Of a stretch of 64,000 nucleotides of DNA, positions 1 through 8,993 are shown one piece after another. The number at the start of each line of letters is the position of its first letter. Within the stretch, counting starts at the first letter, position 1. Origin of the DNA: an uncultured Gemmatimonadales bacterium (GTDB taxonomy: Bacteria; Gemmatimonadota; Gemmatimonadetes; Longimicrobiales; Longimicrobiaceae); assembly GCA_963716255.1 (NCBI GenBank), contig OY970303.1:5056001-5120000 (forward strand), in the 5' to 3' direction. Both the position numbers and the translations under genes were made by a program. Below the pieces are notes generated by a model. It had not been told where the DNA came from. It searched no databases and was given only the letters and a program-made list of their open reading frames with translations.

Positions 1-1296
1 GACCGCCACCGCGTCGAGCAGGCACACGCCGAGCAGGCCGCCCTCGTGGAAACGCTCCAGCAGGTCGGCCGGTCCGTCGCCTCCGAGCTGGACCTGGAGG
101 ACATCGTACAGCAGGTCACGGACGCGGCCACCACGGTGACGGGGGCGCAGTTCGGCGCCTTCTTCTACAACGTGCTGAACGAGCAGGGCGAAGCCTACAC
201 CCTCTACACCATCTCGGGCGTGGACCGGGAGGAGTTCGCGCGGTTTCCCATGCCCCGCGCGACGCCGGTGTTCCGGCCCACCTTCCACGGCGAGGGGGTC
301 GTCCGGAGCGACGACATCACCCGGGATCCCCGCTACGGCAGGGTGGCGCCGTACCACGGGATGCCCGAGGGTCACCTGCCGGTGACCAGCTACCTGGCCG
401 TCCCGGTGGTCTCCCGCACCGGCGAGGTGCTGGGCGGCCTCTTCTTCGGGCACGCCGAGCCGGCGCGCTTCCAGGAGCGCCACGAGCGGCTCGCGGAGGG
501 AATCGCGGGGTGGGCGGCGGTGGCGATGGACAACGCGCGCCTGTACCACGCGGAGCGCACCGCGCGGGCGGAGGCCGAGCGCGCGAACCGGGTCAAGAGC
601 GAGTTCCTGGCGACGATGAGCCACGAGCTCCGCACGCCCCTGAACGCCATGATCGGCTACACGGACCTCCTGCTCGCGGAGGTGTTCGGGCCCATTCCCG
701 AGATCGCCCACGGGAAGGTGGAGCGGATCGGCGTCAGCGCCCGCCACCTCCTGGAGCTGATCGAGGAGATCCTCACCTTCTCGCGGCTGGAGGCGGGGGA
801 GGAAAGGGTGGAGGTCGACGCGGTCGCCCCGGACGCGCTCGTCGGAGAGGTGCAGGCGCTCATGGAGCCGCTGGCGCTCCGCAAGGCGATCCGCCTCGAG
901 TGCCACGTCCCCGCGGAGTCCCGGCAGATGGAGAGCGACTCCCGGAAGATCCGCCAGATCCTCATCAACCTGGTGGGCAACGCGATCAAGTTCACGGACC
1001 AGGGCGGGGTCCGGCTGTCGCTGGAGGAGGTCGGAGACGAAGCAGTCTTCAGGGTCGCCGACACGGGTCCCGGGATCGCCCCGGAGCACCTGGAGCGGAT
1101 CTTCGACCCGTTCTGGCAGGTGCAGGGCGGGGCGACGCGGACCGTCGGCGGCACGGGGCTGGGGCTGAGCGTCACGCGGCGCCTGGCGCGCCTGCTTGGG
1201 GGCGACGTGAGCGTGGACAGCCAGGTCGGCAAGGGCACCACGTTCGAGGTACGCCTGCCGATGCAGGCGCCCGTACCCGCCGCCGCCGCTCCGTGA
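1..1296 (+). CDS. GAF-domain sensor histidine kinase (5'-truncated by window edge)
   Basis: Frame is open from base 1. GAF (SYLAVPVVSRTGEVLGGLFFGH), H-box MSHELRTPLN, N-box NLVGNAIKFT, G-boxes DTGPGI and GGTGLGL. Confidence 0.93.
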   Translation, partial: DRHRVEQAHAEQAALVETLQQVGRSVASELDLEDIVQQVTDAATTVTGAQFGAFFYNVLNEQGEAYTLYTISGVDREEFARFPMPRATPVFRPTFHGEGVVRSDDITRDPRYGRVAPYHGMPEGHLPVTSYLAVPVVSRTGEVLGGLFFGHAEPARFQERHERLAEGIAGWAAVAMDNARLYHAERTARAEAERANRVKSEFLATMSHELRTPLNAMIGYTDLLLAEVFGPIPEIAHGKVERIGVSARHLLELIEEILTFSRLEAGEERVEVDAVAPDALVGEVQALMEPLALRKAIRLECHVPAESRQMESDSRKIRQILINLVGNAIKFTDQGGVRLSLEEVGDEAVFRVADTGPGIAPEHLERIFDPFWQVQGGATRTVGGTGLGLSVTRRLARLLGGDVSVDSQVGKGTTFEVRLPMQAPVPAAAAP

Positions 1297-1385
1297 TGCC
1301 CGCGTCCGAAATGCTCCGGCCTGCTTTCAGCGCCTCCGCGCCGCAGCCTGGTGTTCAGAGGGCCGCAGCTTCACGGGCGCTCCGC

Positions 1386-1401
1386 CGGTGCGTATCTTGC
1401 C
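1386..1401 (+). promoter_or_regulatory. Possible sigma54 (-24/-12) promoter
   Basis: CGGTGCGTATCTTGCC has GG-N10-GC with TTGC, about 110 nt upstream of the MEDS-kinase ATG. Confidence 0.35.
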
Positions 1402-1510
1402 TGGTTGAGTAGAATTCAGTACAGTGCCGTCCCTCCGACGAACGCTGGGATCCCGTTCCGCTCGACCGTGCCGCCGAAGCGCGCCTCGTGTCGAGCCGGT
1501 AGGTGGTACC

Positions 1511-2942
1511 ATGCACGACCTCGCCCTGAATGCGGGTGCGCCCGCACCTTCCGTCGGCCCTCCGGACCACAAGCACGCTGGCCAGTTCTACGAGGACGAC
1601 GATTTCCTGTGCGGCGCGGTCGCGGACTTCGTGTTTCGAGGACTCGCCGCGGGTCGGCCGGCACTCGTCATCGCCACGGATGTGCATCGGGAGACGCTCA
1701 TCGAACGCCTCGCCGCCAGGGGAGTCGAGGTCGCGCGCATGCGGGTGGGCGGCCAGCTCGCGCTCCTGGACGCCCGCGAAGTGCTGAGCGAGTTCATCGC
1801 CGGTGACGTTCCGGACGAGGACCGCTTCCGTGCAAGCCTGGGTGCGGCACTTGAGCTTGCGGTGCGCACCTGCCCGGGTGCCACGGTGTGCGCCTTCGGC
1901 GAGATGGTCGACCTGCTCTGGAAGGACGGCAACCCCGAGGGGGCCATCCCAGCTCGAATCGCTCTGGAACGACCTGGCCCATACCCATGCGTTCGCGCTC
2001 CTCTGCGGCTACGCGGTCGGCAACTTCGATCGCGCCGAGGACGCGGAGACGTTCCTGCGGGTCTGTACCCAGCACGACCACGTGGTGCCCACGGAGAGCT
2101 ACACCCTGCTGAGCGAGGATGAGCGCCTGCGGCGGATCACGCATCTGGAGCAGCGCGCGCAGGCGCTCCAGCGTGAGGTCGAGGACCGGCGCGGTCTGGA
2201 GAAGCGGCTGAGGGAGGCCGCGGCCGAGGCGGCGGCAGCGAATCAGGCGAAGAGCGAGTTCCTGGCGGTGATGAGCCACGAGCTCCGCACTCCGCTAAAC
2301 GCCATCGGCGGGTACGTGGAGCTCCTGGAGGTGGGGATCCCGGGTCCCGTCACCGATGCCCAGCTGCACGATCTCCGCCGCATCCAGCTCAACCAGCGGC
2401 ATCTGCTGGGGCTCGTGAATGAGGTGCTCAACTACGCCAAGCTGGAGACCGGCACCGTCGAGTACGACCTGGCGAGCGTCCCCGTCCGCGAGGCGCTGAG
2501 CTCCGCGGAAGGTCTCGTCGCACCGCTGGCGAGGGCCCGGCGCCTCCGGTTCAACGTGGAACCCTGCGAGCCGGAGCTGGAGGTCCGGGCGGACGCGGAG
2601 AAGCTGCGGCAGGTGCTGGTGAACCTGCTCTCCAACGCGGTCAAGTTCACGGAGAGGGGCTGCCGCGTGACCCTGCGCTGCGAGGCGCGGGACGGCTCGG
2701 CGTGCTTCGTGGTCCGTGACACCGGGATCGGGATCCCGTCCGACAAGCTGGAATCGATCTTCGAGCCTTTCGTGCAGGTGCGCTCGGACCTGACGCGCGA
2801 GCACGACGGCACGGGCCTGGGGCTGGCGATCAGCCGCTCGATCGCCGAGACGATGGGCGGCTCCCTCGTCGCGGAGAGCCGCGAGGGGAAGGGGAGCACC
2901 TTCACGCTCCGCCTCCCGCTCGTAGGAGCTCCGGACGTGTAG
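1511..2942 (+). pseudogene. MEDS (DcmR-like sensory) domain histidine kinase split by one frameshift near 1946-1950
   Basis: HAGQFYEDD...AFGEMVDLLW in one frame continues as QLESLWNDLA...LLCGY and then MSHELRTPLN plus HATPase boxes in another. One extra base in GCCATCCCAGCTC explains the shift; it may be a sequencing error. Confidence 0.85.
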
Positions 2943-3388
2943 CGGGCGGTCCTTTGCCCATCAGTTGTTCATCAACGGCTCCGAGAGCGCATCTCGGATG
3001 CCATTGTCCTTTGTCACCTCACAACCAGCACCTGGAGATCGGGATGCTGGCCATGCCTCGCCACAGGATGATTTGACGACATCAAGCTGGAAGTCGTGGG
3101 CTCGGGGCGTGCTACGCGCTCGGCGTGGCCCTCGATGGTCTTCCGCCCGCCCGCGGGGCTCCGTCCCGGAGCGTACGGTACAACTCCGCCGTCCGGTACG
3201 TTTCCTCCAACCGGGTACCCTGGTCGGCCCCCGGTGCGATTGCGCCGTCGCAAAGGGACGCTTCCAGGTGGTTCCGTTGGATCCGAGTCGGGGTGAAGGG
3301 GGGCCGACAAGTCCCACTTTGTGAGGAGAATGGCCGCGCCCCCTGGACTGGCGTGGTGCCGCCGCAGAGTCGCGGTGACACGGACTCC

Positions 3389-3785
3389 CTAGAACGCCAG
3401 CGGGAGCGCCCGGGGGCCACGCAGGAAGGCATGCCGCCGCCAGCGCACCGCGCAGGGTCGACGGCGAGCCGCAGCTCCGGCGCGCGCTCCAGCAGCGTTC
3501 CGATGGCGATCTGCGCCTCCAGCCGGGCGAGCGGCGTGCCCAGGCAGTAGTGGGCTCCCAGCCCGAACGCCAGGTGCCGGTTCGATCTCCACGCCCTCGC
3601 GCGTACCGCTCCGTGGCGACCTCCACCGGGCTCGTGAAGCGGGCCAGCTCCTCGACCGCCGGCTTCAACAGTTCCGGGGCGCGGCGCAGCCGGTCGAGCT
3701 GCTCCGGGTGGCCCAGGAGCGCGAGCACCCCGCTCCCGATCAGGTTGACGGTGGCCTCGTGGCCGGCCGCCATCAGGAACTCGAC
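3389..3785 (-). pseudogene. Cytochrome P450 C-terminal remnant with internal deletion
   Basis: I-helix [11 protein letters not shown]-helix EELAR (ExxR) and heme motif [13 protein letters not shown] occur in different frames. The segment between ERYAR and the heme motif is missing and there is no N-terminal half. Confidence 0.85.
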
Positions 3786-3951
3786 ATGTACCGAGTGCCG
3801 ATCGACGGAGCGTCCGCCGCGGAGCACGTCTACGGCTTCGCCGATGGAGCGCGGAAGCGAGAAGGGCCGGTGCCGCACAGCGCACCGGCCCATGGCGTTT
3901 CCAAATCGAATCTCCTCGCGCTTTGCTACGGGCTATGGCCAGCTCACCACC

Positions 3952-6081
3952 TCAGAACACGTCGGGGTTGAAGCGGATCGCGGCCCGGAGCGCGCGTGGG
4001 GCGCCCGGCGTCACGTATGCCGACGCCCGCAGCTCCGCGTAGCGGATGCCGAGCGCGTTCTGGAGCTCGGCGTCGAACACCAGGCCGCGCCCCAGGGGGA
4101 TGGAAGCGCCGACGTCGAGGACGGAGAAGCTGCGCGAGCGGACGTCGGGCTCGCCGATCGGCACGTACGGGCCGGTGAACCGCCAGGCGGCGCGCGCCTC
4201 CGTGCCGCTGGCCCACCCCGCCTCCAGCCCGAGCCGGCCGGTATAGCGCGCCACCCCGGGCACGCGCTCCCCCTGCGCCTCGTCGTGCTCGTCCTCGGGA
4301 TGCCCGGCGTGGAAGAGCGGGCGCGAGGGCGCCACCACCCGCGAGGCGGCCGGCTCAACCGAGGCGAGCGACGCGCCCGCGCCTTCGTGGTCGCCGTGCG
4401 CGTCGGCGTAGCTTCCGGTCAGGCGCGCGTCGTTCCAGGTCGCCGCCGCCACCCCGCGCAGCCACGGGCGGAGCCGGACTCCCAGGTCCAGGTCCACCCC
4501 CTGACGCACGCTGGTCCCGGCGCTGGACACCTCGCGGGTCACGGGGTCCAGCACGCGCTCGTTGGACACGTCCATCCGGAACAGGGCGAGCGAGCCCTCC
4601 AGCACGCCGTGGTCGAAGTCGGCGCCCACCTCGTGGGCCCAGGCCAGGATCGGGACCCGGGCCGGGTCGCCGATCACGCCCACCGCGCTGCGGAAGCCAC
4701 GGCTGGAGGAGGCGCGGAGCGAGAGCGCGTCCGAGAGGAGGTAGCGCGCGCCGAGCTTGGGGCTCGCCACCACGCGGGTGTGGTCCTCCCACCCCGCCCC
4801 GGCGGCGAGCAGGTCACGGCTTGCGTGCCGGACCACGTCCACGCGCCCCCCCAGGTCCAGGCCGATGCGCTCTCCCAGGGTGCCGCGCCAGCGCAGGTAC
4901 GCCGCCCCGGCCTGGTGGCGGGCGTCCAGCTCCACCTCCGGCTCGACCGTTCGGCGGGCCTCGGTGCGGCCCAGCGTGAACGACGCCGCGTCGGCGCGCC
5001 CGGACACGCCCAGCGTGACCTCGCCCGCGGCGGGGGTCCAGACCACCTCCGCCTGTCCCCCCGCACCCCAGCGGTCGTCCGACTCCCCCGACTGGTGGAC
5101 CGCCTCGCCCGCCTCGGGCGTGTTCAGGAACAGCTGCCACCGCGAGAGCATCCCCCACGCCGTCGCCTGGAGGAAGGAGCCGGGCGTGACGGGAAGGGCG
5201 TAGCGGCCGTGGAGAACGGCGCGCCGCGCCTCGCCTCCGTCGGTCCGGTCCGCCGCCTCCCTCACCTGCTCTTCGTTGTAGTCCGCGACCGCGACGAAGC
5301 CCGGCGAGCTCCAGTCCGTGCCGTACAGCGCCAGCCCGCCCTCCAGCCGCCCCGCGCCCACCGCGCGCCACCCGCGGAGCAGGCCGTTCCCGAGCCGGTA
5401 GTCGCTGTTCCGGCGCCACCCCTCCGACCGCTGCAGCTCGCCGGCGGCGAGCGTGCCGCCGCGCTCCCTCCGGCGCCCGGTGAGGAGCCACCCGCTCGCG
5501 TCGCCATAGCTGCTCCCGGAGAACGAGCCGGCCGTGCCGCGGGCATCCGCCGCGGTGAACACCTCGGCCACGCCGCCCAGGGCGAAGTCGCCGTACAGGG
5601 GGCTCGCCGCCCCGTGGATCACGCGGAACGAGCTGACGCCCGCGGGGAGGAGCGAGTTCCAGTCGGCGTACCCCTCCCCGTGTCCGTTGATGGGGAGGTT
5701 GACCGGAACGCCGTCCACCACCAGCAGCACGTCGCCGGAGTGGTCGGAGGTGAAGCCGCGGATCACGGCGTTGGAGGCGAAGCCGGGACCCTGGCCCTGC
5801 TCGTGGATCTCCAGCCCCGCCACCCGGCGCGCCAGGTCGTACGGGTTCGCGGCCTGGGCACGGTGGACGGCGTCCGGGTCCACGCGCCGGGTGGCGACCG
5901 GGGGCGGAGCGGACCGTTCGCGCGCGGCGGTCACGACCACCGGCTCCAGGAGGACCCGCGTGGTGTCCGCCGGATTGCCCGCGGGAAGGGACTGCCCGTG
6001 TGCCGCAAATGGGGTGACGGCAGCGAGAGCAGCACCCGCCGCGACCACGCGTGCCGCATCGCGGAGAGGGTTCCGTTTCAT
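3952..6081 (-). CDS. TonB-dependent outer-membrane receptor
   Basis: Signal peptide, TonB-box-like LEPVVVTA, plug motif IRGFTSDHSGDVLLVVDGVPVN, C-terminal Phe. ATG overlaps the mbnH stop (ATGA). Confidence 0.9.
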   Translation of the reverse strand: MKRNPLRDAARVVAAGAALAAVTPFAAHGQSLPAGNPADTTRVLLEPVVVTAARERSAPPPVATRRVDPDAVHRAQAANPYDLARRVAGLEIHEQGQGPGFASNAVIRGFTSDHSGDVLLVVDGVPVNLPINGHGEGYADWNSLLPAGVSSFRVIHGAASPLYGDFALGGVAEVFTAADARGTAGSFSGSSYGDASGWLLTGRRRERGGTLAAGELQRSEGWRRNSDYRLGNGLLRGWRAVGAGRLEGGLALYGTDWSSPGFVAVADYNEEQVREAADRTDGGEARRAVLHGRYALPVTPGSFLQATAWGMLSRWQLFLNTPEAGEAVHQSGESDDRWGAGGQAEVVWTPAAGEVTLGVSGRADAASFTLGRTEARRTVEPEVELDARHQAGAAYLRWRGTLGERIGLDLGGRVDVVRHASRDLLAAGAGWEDHTRVVASPKLGARYLLSDALSLRASSSRGFRSAVGVIGDPARVPILAWAHEVGADFDHGVLEGSLALFRMDVSNERVLDPVTREVSSAGTSVRQGVDLDLGVRLRPWLRGVAAATWNDARLTGSYADAHGDHEGAGASLASVEPAASRVVAPSRPLFHAGHPEDEHDEAQGERVPGVARYTGRLGLEAGWASGTEARAAWRFTGPYVPIGEPDVRSRSFSVLDVGASIPLGRGLVFDAELQNALGIRYAELRASAYVTPGAPRALRAAIRFNPDVF

Positions 6082-7280
6082 GGCGTTCCGTTGGCCGAGG
6101 AGGCCGGCCAGGGGTTGGAGTGCGCCGCGTTGTTCACGAAGTCGCGGTCGGTCAAGCTCCGGATGTACGCCAGCAGGGCGGCCCGCTCCTCCGGGGTGAG
6201 GGTGAAGCCCTGCACGAAGTTGTTCTTGTTGGGGTTGTCGCGCCCGACGCCCGCCTTCGGGCCGGAGGCGATGGTGCGTCCCCCCGCCGCGTAGTGGTCC
6301 AGCACGTCGTCCAGAGTGGCCGCGCTCCCGTCGTGGAAGTAGGGGGCGGTCAGCTCCGCGTTGCGCAGCGAGGGAGCCTTGAACTTCCCCATGTCCTCCG
6401 GCCGGTTGGTGAACTCGACGATCCCCACGTTGGGCTCCGGGTAGCCGCCGCGCCCCCCCACGTTGTACAGCCCGGTGTTGAAGTACTCCACCTCGGGGGA
6501 CGCCTTGCCCACCCAGTCGGAGGCGCTGGTCAGCAGCGTCCCCGTGTGGCAGTGGAAGCACTCGGTCGCCTCGCTGAAGAACAGCTCCTCGCCCCGCTTC
6601 GCCTCCGCTGAGATCGCGTTCCGGTCGCCGCGGTTGTACCGGTCGTACGGGGAGTTCGCGCTGATCAGGGTCCGCTGGAAGGCGGCCAGCGCGCGCGCGA
6701 GGTTCTGGAGGGTAATGGCGTCCTCCTGGCCGGGAAACGCGGCCGGGAAGAGCTCCTCATAGCGCGATTCCGCGCGCAGGCGCCGGATCAGCTCGCCCTC
6801 GCGCCCCTCCATTCCCAGCTCCACCGGGTGCTGGCCGAAAAGGGGGATGAGCGCCTGCTGCTCCAGCCGCAGGATGCCGGGGTTGGACCAGTTCAGCACG
6901 GGCTGGTAGCCGACGTTCGCCAGGCTCATGCTGTTGCGGGGGTGCGGCTCGCCCGTGGAGCCCACCCCCACCGGGCGGCCGTCGCTGAACGCCGCCTCCT
7001 GCCGGTGGCAGGAGGCGCAGCTCTGGGTCTGGTTGCCGGACAGGCGCTTGTCGTAGAAGAGGTGGCGCCCCAGCGAGACCTTGGCTTCCGACATCGGGTT
7101 GTCGGCGGGCACCCGCGGCACGGGGAAGCCCGCCGGGACGTTCCAGTCCCAGTCCGCCTGGGCGCCGGGGGAGAGCATTTCGTCGCCGCCGCAGCCCGCG
7201 AGGCAGGCGGCGAGCACCACGGCGGCTGCCGTGATGCCCGCGCGCCGGTTCCGCGGAGGGCGGCCGCAGGAGGGTTCCAT
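6078..7280 (-). CDS. mbnH: MbnH-family di-heme enzyme (bCcP/MauG superfamily), probable lipoprotein
   Basis: Two CxxCH motifs (CASCH, CFHCH), WDWNVPAGFPVPRVPADNPMS...LGRHLFYDKRLS, FKAPSLRN, TAPYFHDGS, LAGC lipobox; adjacent to mbnP. Confidence 0.9.
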   Translation of the reverse strand: MEPSCGRPPRNRRAGITAAAVVLAACLAGCGGDEMLSPGAQADWDWNVPAGFPVPRVPADNPMSEAKVSLGRHLFYDKRLSGNQTQSCASCHRQEAAFSDGRPVGVGSTGEPHPRNSMSLANVGYQPVLNWSNPGILRLEQQALIPLFGQHPVELGMEGREGELIRRLRAESRYEELFPAAFPGQEDAITLQNLARALAAFQRTLISANSPYDRYNRGDRNAISAEAKRGEELFFSEATECFHCHTGTLLTSASDWVGKASPEVEYFNTGLYNVGGRGGYPEPNVGIVEFTNRPEDMGKFKAPSLRNAELTAPYFHDGSAATLDDVLDHYAAGGRTIASGPKAGVGRDNPNKNNFVQGFTLTPEERAALLAYIRSLTDRDFVNNAAHSNPWPASSANGTP

Positions 7281-7295
7281 GCGGCGGTCCCCATC

Positions 7296-8138
7296 CTACC
7301 TGCGGGCCGCGCGGAAGAGCTGCTGCGCCCCGCCCACGCCGAAGCGCGGCAGGAGCGGCGTGCAGTCGCCGTCCGTGGGCGAGGACATGCATCCCGGCGC
7401 GCCGCCGCTCTCCGCGTCCACGTTGCTGGCCGAGAGCAGGGTCTTCAGGTCGGCCACCGCCACGTCGCGCGTGGGATCGAACCCAGAAAGCGTGACCTCC
7501 ACCCGGTTGGGGCTGGTGCAGGTGGCGGTGCCGGGCGTGCTGCTGGTGCAGCCGGTGCTCCCCAGGTGCGCGAACCAGCCGCCGGGACGTCCGGCGCTCG
7601 CCAGGTCCGCCTTGAAGAACATGTATCCGAGGTTCCAGCTCCAGAAGAGGCCCGTGGTGTTGAGCGGCGCTGGGGCGGCCGACGCGTCGCCGTGGTTCCG
7701 GACGGGCGGGATGCCGAGCGTGAAGCGCAGCCCGGTGAAGCCGCCGCCCTCGACGGTGCCCTCCACGTCGGAGTTGAGGGCCGGGGTGCCCACGCACCCG
7801 CCGGTCCCGTTCTCGAAGTCGAGCAGGGCGATCCTGTCCACCTGGGTGGCGCCGTCCTGCGTGAGCGCCACCGGGACCTCGCTGCCGTCGGCCCTGAGCA
7901 TGCGCAGGTCGCTGACGAAGAAGCGGAAGTCCTTCACCTGGACGGCGCTCCCGGTGGTGCCGATCCCGGAGTAGCTTTGCCCGCACGCGAACGCGGCGTC
8001 GCCCACCTGGGCGGCGAAGCGCACCGTCACCGGCTGCGGCCCCGAGGGTCCGGACGCGTCGCCCTCACAGGCGGCGAGCAGGGGGAGGGCCGCGACCAGG
8101 AGGGCCGCGGAGGAGCGAAAGCGGAGAAAAAGGTTCAT
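7296..8138 (-). CDS. mbnP: MbnP-family copper-binding protein (metallo-mystery pair Cys-motif protein), lipoprotein
   Basis: LLAAC lipobox, LLDFENGTGGC, WxW motif in LFWSWNLGYMFFK, HLGSTGC, GCMS..C; immediately upstream of mbnH. Confidence 0.88.
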   Translation of the reverse strand: MNLFLRFRSSAALLVAALPLLAACEGDASGPSGPQPVTVRFAAQVGDAAFACGQSYSGIGTTGSAVQVKDFRFFVSDLRMLRADGSEVPVALTQDGATQVDRIALLDFENGTGGCVGTPALNSDVEGTVEGGGFTGLRFTLGIPPVRNHGDASAAPAPLNTTGLFWSWNLGYMFFKADLASAGRPGGWFAHLGSTGCTSSTPGTATCTSPNRVEVTLSGFDPTRDVAVADLKTLLSASNVDAESGGAPGCMSSPTDGDCTPLLPRFGVGGAQQLFRAARR

Positions 8139-8408
8139 CGTCGCCTCGGACGTGGATGGTCGGATGCCTGGCGCGCGTCCACAGTCCGGTCCGCCCCGCG
8201 TGATCGCGAGGGGGAGTCCGGCGGGCGGGCACGGGCCACGCGTTTCCATGGGCCGCCGCGGCGGGAGCCGTGGCGGCGCGCGAAGTTGTCCGGGTGGACC
8301 GAAAGCGGGTGAACGGACCGCTCGTGCACGGCCGGCGCGCAGACGGGCGAGCCGAGGCGCCGCTGGCCTACGCGGGCAGCGGGTCTCGGGCGGAGCGGGA
8401 GCTTTCGG

Positions 8409-8801
8409 TCAGGCGACGGTGGGAGGAGCGGTCGCGTAGGGGAGGAGGTAGGGAACGCGCTCGGGGAGAGCGGGCGTGTCGGTCGGGAGGGGTGCGGAGG
8501 CGCTGAACTCCGATGCCACCCGCACCCGGACCTCCCGGGCGGTGGGGGGAAGGTCGACCGCGCAGGCGATGCAGGAGCCGACGCAGGTACAGGCGCCGTG
8601 CTCCTGCGTGTCGTGCCCGGGCGGCGGCGCGTGCGCGCCGTGCGATGCGCCGTGGTCCGCACGGGCCTCCACGGCCGCGGGCGCGGCGGCCGGGGAGTGG
8701 TGGGGGCACGGGTGCAGCCCGCCCGCGTCCCCGGCCCAGGTGAGGGTGAGGAGCATCGCCGCCCACACGGCGGCCACGCGGAGGGCGACGGAGCGCCTCA
8801 A
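8409..8801 (-). CDS. His/Cys-rich DUF2946/CruR-like leader protein
   Basis: Hydrophobic N-terminus, HPCPHH, His-rich linker, CTCVGSCIAC, C-terminal PYLLPYATAPP; first gene of the mbnP-mbnH-TBDR run. Confidence 0.7.
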   Translation of the reverse strand: MRRSVALRVAAVWAAMLLTLTWAGDAGGLHPCPHHSPAAAPAAVEARADHGASHGAHAPPPGHDTQEHGACTCVGSCIACAVDLPPTAREVRVRVASEFSASAPLPTDTPALPERVPYLLPYATAPPTVA

Positions 8802-8831
8802 TGGAGGGGAGCTGAGGGGTGCACGGAGGCA

Positions 8832-8859
8832 AATTTAAACCGCCGGACGCGACGCACAA
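8832..8859 (-). promoter_or_regulatory. Possible sigma70-type promoter of the copper module
   Basis: Minus strand TTGTGC-N16-TAAATT, about 30 nt upstream of the leader ORF start. Confidence 0.4.
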
Positions 8860-8993
8860 GCGGACAGTCTCCGCATCCGGTGTGGGAGGTATCCCGACGC
8901 ATGGCCAGGGTCTGGTCGCCTCGCCGCCTGCGCTGCCCCGCGACGACCTCCACCACCGAGTTCACACGGATTCCCGATCAGTCACAGGAAGCG

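Noticed and set aside
2943..3390. Lower-GC stretch as a possible ncRNA or IS remnant
   Set aside because: I could not identify terminal repeats, a tRNA fold or a known RNA motif by eye.
3550..6294. 914-aa plus-strand ORF and many similar long Arg/Pro/Gly-rich ORFs (e.g. 28234-31779, 34741-38166, 44225-46909, 53918-56443)
   Set aside because: These are antisense or off-frame shadows of real genes. High GC suppresses stop codons, and they show no motifs of their own.
6300..6360. APYFHDG in MbnH as an unusual variant
   Set aside because: Both PYFH and PYMH are common in the bCcP/MauG superfamily.
3952..8801. Methanobactin biosynthetic cluster or RiPP precursor
   Set aside because: No MbnB/MbnC-like or other modifying enzymes are present; the small ORF looks like a DUF2946-type leader, not MbnA.
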